Positions 8,627 through 16,045 of a DNA stretch of 64,000 nt are shown one piece after another. Each line of letters starts with the position of its first letter. The stretch's first letter is position 1. The notes beneath the pieces are model-generated. The model was given only the letters and a program-made list of their open reading frames with translations, did no database searches and was not told the origin of the DNA. The position numbers and the translations under genes are program-made. Source of the DNA: Lachnospiraceae bacterium (GTDB lineage Bacteria > Bacillota > Clostridia > Lachnospirales > Lachnospiraceae); NCBI GenBank assembly GCA_021202335.1, contig JAJQDE010000061.1, forward strand, positions 70,533-134,532, given 5' to 3'.

Positions 8627-10782
8627 TGAGAAAAAACATTTTATCAGGGGTTTGGAGAATTTTAATCATTGCGGTACCGCTTGCCGTGACAGCGGCGATG
8701 ATATATGTAAGGGCATCGCAGCTTCAGGCGTATGGCGAGAAGGGAACGCACCTTTTGATAAACGAGGTTGTGGCGGACAACCTTTCCACATTGAAGGACG
8801 GGAATGGCGTGTATTCGGATTGGATTGAGCTGTACAATCCGACGGACCATGCGATAAGCCTAAAGGGCTATTATCTGTCGGACAGCAAAAATGAGCTTAC
8901 AAAATGGGCGTTTCCCGACGTAAGCATTGACAGCGGCGGGTATTTGATTGTTTTTTGCGACGCGGGGGAAGGCCTTCTGCATGCGAATTTTTCCATAAAC
9001 TCAGATAAGGAAACCATTTACTTAAGTGATGAGAATGAAAATGTGACAGACAGCATTAAGCTTGAAAATCAGCAGTGCGACATTTCATATGGAAGGACAT
9101 TCGGAAATTATGATGAAACGGGATTTTTGCCGTACTGCACGCCGGGAGCGGCCAATCCGTCGTATTTTGGCAGTAGCGACCCGGCATATGCTGACTGGGG
9201 AGAGGTCTGCTTTTCCCTTGACGGCGGTCTGTATGATGAAAGCATACAGGTGGAGCTTTACTGTGATATAGAGGGCGCGGCGATAATCTACACACTTGAC
9301 GGGAGCGAGCCGGACATCGGCAATGCGTATATTTACGACAGGCCGATAGAGATTACCGACGAGGGCAGACCAAATCAATACACGACAAAAAAATGTCTGG
9401 TGCGGCCAAGCAGCAACGCGGATAATGCGGACACTGTATACGGCGTAAACGAAGTGTACAAGGGAACCGTAATTAGGGCAAGGATATTAAAGGATGCGAA
9501 GCTTTCCTCCTCCATACAGACCAACACGTATTTTATCAATTCGGATTATTCAATGCCTGTTGTGTCGCTTTCCACCGATCCGGACGGGCTGTTTGACGAT
9601 GTGGAGGGTGCGTATGTGCTGGGATATACCTACTACACGATGCGAAAGTACGGGGTGAATACAACACGCGCAAACAGCGGTATGCAAAAGGATTTGGCAG
9701 GGCACATAGAGATTTACGGTACGGACGGCAGCGTGTTTGAGGATGATGTGACGTTTTCAATTGCGGGCGGCTCAAGTGTCAGGACGAATCTGCAAAAGAG
9801 CTTTAACGTGATTTTGGAAAACGAAAGCATATCGGGAGATATGTTCGGGGCTTTGGCGGCAGTGGAATACGGACGTTTTACCCTGCGCGGACCGGGAAGC
9901 GGCGTGGTGCAGAGAAATAAATATGTCTATCCGAGCGCGTTTGTTTCCAACTATATCAGCGGCGAGGACACGGGCGGTCAGAGCAGCCGGTATTGCCTCC
10001 TGTTTATTGACGGGGAATATTGGGGCATATACAGCCTTATGGAGCCAAAAGGCAAGGAATACATGAGTGTGCTTACGGGCGCATCGAAAAAGGATATTAC
10101 AATCGCCGCACCATATGACGACATTTATGACGATGAATTTGACGCGCTTTTTGACGGGATAAAAAACCATGATTTTAGCAAAGCGGAAAGCTACGAGTGG
10201 ATAAAGACAGAGATTGACATGGATAACTATATGGCGTGCGTGCTCGCGGAGGCATTTTTCGGAAATACGGATGGAATCAGCAACGGCGACCATAATCTGT
10301 ATATATGGAAGGAAGCCGGCGGATTGTGGAAATGGCAGATATTTGACTTTGACGCTACAATGGTGGATAATGAGAACTATATCAGAGAGATGATAGAGTT
10401 TGATTATTTGGACAGCGAGCATGAGGAAAAGAAAAGCTTCACATCGTGGCTTTTCGGGAAGCTTTGGGAATCTGAGGAGTTTAGGGAGGATTTTACGGCA
10501 TATGTGAGGCGGCAATGCGAAGGGCTTTACAGCAGGGAGAATGTGACGGCGGCGTTTGAGGAGCATATTTCTCAGCTGCAGCCGGAAATTCAGGAAAATC
10601 TTCTTCGGTGTGAAATGGATTACACTGCTCTTAAAAAGCTGAGCTTTTGGATAAGGGGCATAGACGCCGAATATGAAAATTACACGATGGAGGACTGGGA
10701 GATTACAGTCAGCGACATGCGCAGATTTTTGGAGAACAGAACAAAGCGCGTGCTGGAGTTTTTGGATGAATTGGGGGTTTGA
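8626..10782 (+). CDS. CotH kinase family protein with lamin-tail and chitobiase/FN3-like domains
   Basis: TM anchor, then LTD (LINEV..DN..D.DWIELYN, NFSI), Ig-like (IIYTLDGSEP) and CotH core (QKSF, LFIDGEYWGIYSLME, HNLYIWK, WQIFDFD). TGATG coupling to DUF4956. Confidence 0.85.
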   Translation: MRKNILSGVWRILIIAVPLAVTAAMIYVRASQLQAYGEKGTHLLINEVVADNLSTLKDGNGVYSDWIELYNPTDHAISLKGYYLSDSKNELTKWAFPDVSIDSGGYLIVFCDAGEGLLHANFSINSDKETIYLSDENENVTDSIKLENQQCDISYGRTFGNYDETGFLPYCTPGAANPSYFGSSDPAYADWGEVCFSLDGGLYDESIQVELYCDIEGAAIIYTLDGSEPDIGNAYIYDRPIEITDEGRPNQYTTKKCLVRPSSNADNADTVYGVNEVYKGTVIRARILKDAKLSSSIQTNTYFINSDYSMPVVSLSTDPDGLFDDVEGAYVLGYTYYTMRKYGVNTTRANSGMQKDLAGHIEIYGTDGSVFEDDVTFSIAGGSSVRTNLQKSFNVILENESISGDMFGALAAVEYGRFTLRGPGSGVVQRNKYVYPSAFVSNYISGEDTGGQSSRYCLLFIDGEYWGIYSLMEPKGKEYMSVLTGASKKDITIAAPYDDIYDDEFDALFDGIKNHDFSKAESYEWIKTEIDMDNYMACVLAEAFFGNTDGISNGDHNLYIWKEAGGLWKWQIFDFDATMVDNENYIREMIEFDYLDSEHEEKKSFTSWLFGKLWESEEFREDFTAYVRRQCEGLYSRENVTAAFEEHISQLQPEIQENLLRCEMDYTALKKLSFWIRGIDAEYENYTMEDWEITVSDMRRFLENRTKRVLEFLDELGV

Positions 10783-10804
10783 GCGAGAAAGGGGTATTGT
10801 TAAT

Positions 10805-11929
10805 ATGACAATTAAGTGCAATGTTTTGGACCGACAATTTCAGATGCACCAAAGCGAATATGAGGAGGCAGCCTTAAGGGTGCTCCGTTCGGGCTGGTAT
10901 GTGCTTGGAAACGAGGTCGCAGCGTTTGAGGAGGAATTTGCCGCATACACGGGGAGAAAATACTGCGTCGGGTTAAATTCCGGGCTTGACGCGCTTATTA
11001 TGTCCGTGCGCGCGCTGGGCATAGGCGAGGGCGATGAGGTCATCGTGCAGTCAAACACCTATATCGCGACAGTGCTTGGGATTACGGAAAATAAGGCGAC
11101 GCCCGTTTTCGTGGAGCCGGACGAATACTTTAACATGGATGCGGAAAAAATCGAACAGGCAATTACGCCAAAGACAAGGGCGATCATGGTTACGCATTTA
11201 TATGGGCAGGCAAGCAATATGGAACCGATTGCCCGGATTGCGAAAAAGCATCATTTAGAGCTGCTTGAGGACTGCGCGCAGTCGCACGGCGCGTGCTTTG
11301 AAGGCAAAATGACGGGAAGCTTTGGCATTTCCGGCTGCTTTAGCTTTTATCCGACCAAAAATCTCGGCGCCTTTGGCGACGCGGGCGCGGTGGTGACGGA
11401 TGATGAAGGGCTTGCGGATGAGCTTAGGATGATGAGAAATTACGGCAGCCGCGTCAGATATTATAATGAAATAGAAGGACTTAACTCAAGACTCGACGAG
11501 CTGCAGGCGGCATTTCTGAGGATAAAGCTGAAATATGTTGACAATCTTAATAGTGAGAGAAGGGCTCTTGCTTTGGCATACGATACCGGCATCAAAAATG
11601 ATAAAATTGCCCTGCCGAAGGTTCGCCCCGGCGCGGACAATATTTGGCATCAGTATGTGGTACGCTGTGGGGAGCGTGACAGATTGCGGCAGTATTTACA
11701 GGAGAACGATATCCAAACGCAGATTCATTATCCTATACCGCCGCATCTTGCCGAATGTTATCGGCATTTAGGGTATAAAAAGGGCGATTTTCCTATAGCG
11801 GAGCGCTATGCGGATGAGGTCTTAAGCCTTCCCATCTACACGGGCATGACAGGGGCGGAGCAGGACTATGTTATTGAAAAATTAAATAGTTTCAGCTTAA
11901 TGAATTCTGAAAGGGAGAATTGTGTATGA
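10805..11929 (+). CDS. fdtB: DegT/DnrJ/EryC1 PLP aminotransferase, dTDP-3-amino-3,6-dideoxyhexose transaminase type
   Basis: LEDCAQSHGA, SFYPTKNLGAFGDAG, GLNSRLDELQAA, LSLPIY. Next to a cupin 3,4-ketoisomerase. fdtB versus qdtB cannot be resolved from sequence. Confidence 0.85.
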   Translation: MTIKCNVLDRQFQMHQSEYEEAALRVLRSGWYVLGNEVAAFEEEFAAYTGRKYCVGLNSGLDALIMSVRALGIGEGDEVIVQSNTYIATVLGITENKATPVFVEPDEYFNMDAEKIEQAITPKTRAIMVTHLYGQASNMEPIARIAKKHHLELLEDCAQSHGACFEGKMTGSFGISGCFSFYPTKNLGAFGDAGAVVTDDEGLADELRMMRNYGSRVRYYNEIEGLNSRLDELQAAFLRIKLKYVDNLNSERRALALAYDTGIKNDKIALPKVRPGADNIWHQYVVRCGERDRLRQYLQENDIQTQIHYPIPPHLAECYRHLGYKKGDFPIAERYADEVLSLPIYTGMTGAEQDYVIEKLNSFSLMNSERENCV

Positions 11930-12354
11930 ATATAGAGGATTGCAGGCTGCTGGAGTTTCCGCAGAGGGGCGATGAGCGGGGGCATCTTGTTGCAATAGAG
12001 GGCTGCGGGGATATTCCCTTTGAAATCAAGCGCGTATTTTATATTTATGGTTCCGACAGGAACGTTGTGCGCGGGCGGCACGCGAATAACAATTCGGAGT
12101 TCGTGCTGATAAACGTGTCCGGTACGTCAAAGGTAAAGGTCGACGACGGCAGAAAAACTAAAATATTTGATTTGGACAGACCGCATATCGGCATCTATCT
12201 GCCGCGGCTCGTTTGGAAGGATATGTATGATTTTTCAGAGGATTCCGTGCTGCTTTGCCTGTCAAGCGAGCATTACGACGCCGGGGAGTATATCAGAGAT
12301 TACGACAGCTACCTGGAGATTATGAAAAAGCATTGGGAGGAAGAAAATGCTTAG
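11926..12354 (+). CDS. fdtA: dTDP-4-keto-6-deoxyhexose 3,4-ketoisomerase (FdtA/QdtA cupin)
   Basis: DERGHLVAIE, IPFEIKRVFYIY, RGRHA, LLCLSSEHYD..EYIRDY. ATGA overlap. Confidence 0.88.
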   Translation: MNIEDCRLLEFPQRGDERGHLVAIEGCGDIPFEIKRVFYIYGSDRNVVRGRHANNNSEFVLINVSGTSKVKVDDGRKTKIFDLDRPHIGIYLPRLVWKDMYDFSEDSVLLCLSSEHYDAGEYIRDYDSYLEIMKKHWEEENA

Positions 12355-12835
12355 ACGGCTTGAGGAAAAGGATGCGCCGCTGATGCTGGAGTGGATGTAC
12401 GACAGCGAAATCAATTGCAATTTTAGAGCGGATTTTGCCTCTGCCACATTGGAGAGCGCAAAAGAATTTATACGCGGCAGTTTTACTGATAAAGACATGA
12501 ACTTTGCTTTTGTTGATGAAAACGACGAGTACATGGGGACAATAAGCTTAAAGAATATTTCATATGAGGATAGCAGCGCCGAGTATGCGGTAGTCGCAAG
12601 GAAAAAGGCGCAGGGCACGGGAGCTGCGATGAGGGCGACAAAGGAGCTTCTTAATTATGCCTTTGAGAAACTTAAGCTCCACAAGGTATACCTAAACGTG
12701 CTCGAGGAAAATGTGAGGGCGCAGAGGCTGTATGAAAAGTGTGGCTTTGTCTGCGAAGGAAGCGCTGTCGACGCGGTGAAAATAAAGGGAGTGTATAGGA
12801 CGCTTAAGTGGTACGGCATAATAAATGAAAGATGA
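12347..12835 (+). CDS. GNAT N-acyltransferase (PseH/RimL-like), probable sugar N-acyltransferase
   Basis: GNAT motifs AQGTGAA, VYLNVLEENVRAQRLYEKCGF. Overlaps fdtA. Confidence 0.75.
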   Translation: MLRRLEEKDAPLMLEWMYDSEINCNFRADFASATLESAKEFIRGSFTDKDMNFAFVDENDEYMGTISLKNISYEDSSAEYAVVARKKAQGTGAAMRATKELLNYAFEKLKLHKVYLNVLEENVRAQRLYEKCGFVCEGSAVDAVKIKGVYRTLKWYGIINER

Positions 12836-12839
12836 AGCT

Positions 12840-12939
12840 CTGATGAAAAAAGTCAGATGCAATGATAAAGAAAAGCAGTGAAAGAAAAGGAAAGGAAACC
12901 GGAATATGACAGCGGAAGAAGTGACTGACCGGATTGCAG
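12840..12939 (+). repeat. ~100 bp imperfect direct repeat, copy 1
   Basis: Shares identical 15 bp (aaagaaaagcagtga) and 27 bp (atatgacagcggaagaagtgactgacc) blocks with 15045-15147, both at an offset of 2208 bp. Confidence 0.9.
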
Positions 12940-13022
12940 AGATATGCGGGCAAAATTCGGTGGAGGAGGCCTGGTTATTCGGCTCGTGCGCAATCGGGAT
13001 TTTTCGGATTCCTTTGTGCTGA
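12906..13022 (+). pseudogene. Truncated minimal nucleotidyltransferase (MNT, HI0073-type antitoxin) remnant
   Basis: Manual translation MTAEEVTDRIAEICGQNSVEEAWLFGSCAIGIFRIPLC* holds the MNT LFGSxAxG motif and stops after 38 codons. Confidence 0.7.
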
Positions 13023-13336
13023 GTGGGACAAGTGCAAAATTTTGCATAACGTTTGAATTGGCATGGAAGGTCATGAAGGATATATTGGTGCAGTATTATG
13101 CGATTACGGGGTTTGTGACGGGTTCCCCCAAGGAGGTATTAAAACAGTCTTTTAAGACATATCTGATAACGGACGGCAGATGGCTTGATATGCTGAGGGT
13201 CAGAAATGAACTGTCGCATGATTATGATGATGCGGTTATCAGAGCTCATTGCGGGAATATTATTGGTATATATTCGGATTTATTTACAGACTTGGAAGAA
13301 AGAGTTGATAAATTATTGAGCAATCCCGCCGGGTGA
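12944..13336 (+). CDS. HEPN/HI0074-family nucleotidyltransferase substrate-binding protein, N-terminally deleted/chimeric
   Basis: FCITFELAWKVMKDIL, GSPKEVLK, WLDMLRVRNELSHDYD (R-x4-H). The first ~20 codons are an alternative frame of the MNT remnant. Confidence 0.75.
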   Translation: MRAKFGGGGLVIRLVRNRDFSDSFVLSGTSAKFCITFELAWKVMKDILVQYYAITGFVTGSPKEVLKQSFKTYLITDGRWLDMLRVRNELSHDYDDAVIRAHCGNIIGIYSDLFTDLEERVDKLLSNPAG

Positions 13337-13381
13337 ATTGACCCGATTTTGAATATGTAAAACAAGGGGGCTGGAACAGGG

Positions 13382-15070
13382 ATGAAACCGGCTGCATTAG
13401 GTATAACGAAATTTGAGGATATCGTAAACGAAAATGTATTTTATGTTGACAAGACATATTTTATACGGGAGTGGCTTGCCGGCAGTGACCGCGTAACGCT
13501 TGTCACAAGACCGAGACGTTTCGGAAAGACACTGACATTAAATATGGTGGAAACCTTTTTTTCCAAAGCATATGAGGGCAGAAGCGACCTGTTCGAACGC
13601 TTTGATGTATGGAAGGACGAGAAGCTGCGCACTATGCAGGGGCAATATCCCGTGATAAACCTGAGCTTTGCTGATGTGAAGCAGGACAGCTACGAGAGCA
13701 TGACGGCAAAGATGAAACGGATTATTTCGACGTTGTATAAGCGGCATAGGTATCTGCTCGATTCGGACAAACTAAGTAAGGATGACAAGGCTGTATTTAC
13801 GGCGTATCTTGAGAGAAAAGCGACGGATGAGGAATGTATGGAATCACTCTTAAGGCTGTCGGAATATATGCATATTCATTTTGAAAAGCCGGTCATAATT
13901 TTGATGGACGAATACGACACGCCAATGCTCGAGGCATACACGGCAGGCTATTGGGATAAGGCAATCGTCTACATCCGCAGGATGTTTCACGCCACCTACA
14001 AGGATAATCCAAACCTTTTCAGAGGTCTAATGACGGGAATTACAAGAATAACGCAGGAATCCGTATTTTCTGATTTGAATAACGTTGCGGTAGTGACGAC
14101 TACTACCGAGCTTTTTGAAACGAGCTTTGGGTTTACTGAGGATGAAGTCCATGATGCGTTAAGAGAGTATGGGTTGTATGAGAAAAAGGATGAAGTCAGA
14201 CGGTGGTATGACGGCTTTAGGTTTGGCAGGAGGTCTGATATATACAATCCGTGGTCTATAATAAATTTCCTGAAATTTGGGAAATTTGAGCCATATTGGA
14301 TGAACACAAGTGGGAATGGACTGGTAGGAAAGCTTTTGCGCGAAGGTTCGGTTGATGTTAAGAATGATTTTGAAAATCTCCTTAACGGAGGGACAATCTG
14401 CTCCGAGATAGATGAGGCGATAACCTATGCGGAGCTTTCGGGGGCTTCAAAATCCATATGGAGTTGGCTTGTTACGACGGGCTATATCAAAATAGTGTCT
14501 GAGCAGACACCGTGCTATGAGCTTGCGCTCACAAATTATGAGGTGCGGCTTGCTTTTGCAAAGCTTGTAAAAAAGTGGTTTGATGGGAGCTATGACAATT
14601 ATAAGGGGCTTATGCGCAAGCTTTTGGAGGGTGATTTGGAAAGCCTGCAGTATTATATGGAAAAGGTGACGCGGCAGACCTTCAGTTTTTTCGACGTTGG
14701 AAACGAATCGACGGAAACGGAGAGGACAGAGCAGTTTTATCACGGTTTTACGCTTGGACTGATAGCTGATTTAAACAATACGCATGTCGTTACCTCAAAC
14801 CGTGAGAGCGGTTTCGGAAGATACGATGTGTGCATAGAGCCGAATGACGTGTCTAAGGACGGTATTATTATAGAATTTAAGATATTTGACCCCAAAAAGG
14901 AAAAGACGCTTGAGGAAACGGCGCGCCGTGCGTTAAAGCAGATAGAGGACAGAAAATATGAAACGGCGCTTAAAGCTAAAGGGATAAAGACTGTGCGCAG
15001 ATACGGTTTTGCTTTTAAGGGTAAGGAAGTGCTTATAATGGAGGCTGATGAAGAAAAACGTCAGATATAA
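13382..15070 (+). CDS. AAA-ATPase-like / PD-(D/E)XK nuclease (PDDEXK_9) protein
   Basis: YVDKT, Walker A RPRRFGKT, Walker B ILMDEYD, YNPWS, YWMNTSGN, EQFYHGF, SNRESGFGRYD, IIIEFK, ALKQI. Confidence 0.9.
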   Translation: MKPAALGITKFEDIVNENVFYVDKTYFIREWLAGSDRVTLVTRPRRFGKTLTLNMVETFFSKAYEGRSDLFERFDVWKDEKLRTMQGQYPVINLSFADVKQDSYESMTAKMKRIISTLYKRHRYLLDSDKLSKDDKAVFTAYLERKATDEECMESLLRLSEYMHIHFEKPVIILMDEYDTPMLEAYTAGYWDKAIVYIRRMFHATYKDNPNLFRGLMTGITRITQESVFSDLNNVAVVTTTTELFETSFGFTEDEVHDALREYGLYEKKDEVRRWYDGFRFGRRSDIYNPWSIINFLKFGKFEPYWMNTSGNGLVGKLLREGSVDVKNDFENLLNGGTICSEIDEAITYAELSGASKSIWSWLVTTGYIKIVSEQTPCYELALTNYEVRLAFAKLVKKWFDGSYDNYKGLMRKLLEGDLESLQYYMEKVTRQTFSFFDVGNESTETERTEQFYHGFTLGLIADLNNTHVVTSNRESGFGRYDVCIEPNDVSKDGIIIEFKIFDPKKEKTLEETARRALKQIEDRKYETALKAKGIKTVRRYGFAFKGKEVLIMEADEEKRQI

Positions 15071-15147
15071 TGAGAAAGAAAAGCAGTGAGGGAAAATGAA
15101 AGGAACTCGGGATATGACAGCGGAAGAAGTGACTGACCAGATTGCAG
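15045..15147 (+). repeat. ~100 bp imperfect direct repeat, copy 2 (includes second MNT-start remnant MTAEEVTDQIAG..., 15114-15170)
   Basis: Direct comparison with 12840-12939. Confidence 0.9.
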
Positions 15148-15176
15148 GAATGTATGACAATGGAGTATAAGAGGAA

Positions 15177-16001
15177 TTGAGGAAATATATTAAAAAAATA
15201 ATAAATCTCCCTAAAAGAATATATCGCGGCATAGAGGGCAGCAGGTACCGCAGGGGAAAATATCGAAACAGCATATCAGTGCTTTCGGCGTCGCAAACGA
15301 TTGATAAGCTTTTGGAAGCGCAGTGCAGCTTCTGCAGGTTTGGCGATGGGGAAATTGCGGTTATGAGAGGAGAAGGGATAGCCTTTCAAAAGGCGGACAG
15401 AGGGCTTGGCGAGCGCCTTTTGGAAATCCTTCAGTCCGAGGATGAGGGGCTTCTTGTGGGGATAAATTATTTTTATCTGAACCCCGTGACAGGAGTAAAC
15501 GGATTTACCCGGAATTTTTTGAACTGTCTTCAGATGCAGCGGAGATTTTTGATAAAAAACTGCAGTAAAAAGAGAACCTATATTGACGCTGCGATTACGC
15601 AAATGTATCAAAACTATAACGAATATGATTTTGACGCTCATTTTAAAAGGCTCCAAAAGCTTTTTGAAGGCCAAAAGGTTGTTCTTATCTGCGGCGAAAA
15701 CGTTCTGAGTGACATCAGATATAATGCGCTTGACGTTTGCAAACAGATCCAATACATTTACGGACCGTCAAGGGATGCATATGACCGGCATGATGAACTG
15801 TTAAAAAAAGCGCTTGAAACGGACAAGGATTTTATCGTCTGCGTTATACTCGGACCTGAGGCAAAGGTCTTGGTTTATGATTTGTTTAAGCATAACAGAA
15901 TTGCCTGGGATATCGGGCACTATTTGAAGGATTACGATTCATACATGCGGCAGCAGCCGCGGACGGATGCCGCAATAGAGCAGTTTTTTAAGCCCGATTA
16001 A
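15177..16001 (+). CDS. GT-D fold (DUF1792) glycosyltransferase
   Basis: FCRFGDGE, VILGPEAKVLVYDL, AWDIGH motifs. TTG start. Confidence 0.8.
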   Translation: MRKYIKKIINLPKRIYRGIEGSRYRRGKYRNSISVLSASQTIDKLLEAQCSFCRFGDGEIAVMRGEGIAFQKADRGLGERLLEILQSEDEGLLVGINYFYLNPVTGVNGFTRNFLNCLQMQRRFLIKNCSKKRTYIDAAITQMYQNYNEYDFDAHFKRLQKLFEGQKVVLICGENVLSDIRYNALDVCKQIQYIYGPSRDAYDRHDELLKKALETDKDFIVCVILGPEAKVLVYDLFKHNRIAWDIGHYLKDYDSYMRQQPRTDAAIEQFFKPD

Positions 16002-16006
16002 CAAAC

Positions 16007-16045
16007 TTAGCCGCTCCCTGCGGTCGTGACGTGAGGTGAACAATG
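16007..16045. repeat. Dispersed ~40 bp element containing SD and start codon (copy 2)
   Basis: ttagccgctccctgcggtcgtgacgtgaggtgaacaatg matches 6014-6053. Confidence 0.65.

Noticed and set aside
9772-10821. 349-aa minus-strand ORF
   Set aside because: Antisense shadow of the CotH gene, with no recognisable motifs.
12840-15147. IS element or prophage att sites
   Set aside because: No transposase, integrase or terminal inverted repeats. The repeats are long, imperfect and contain a gene start, so I report a repeat-flanked cassette only.
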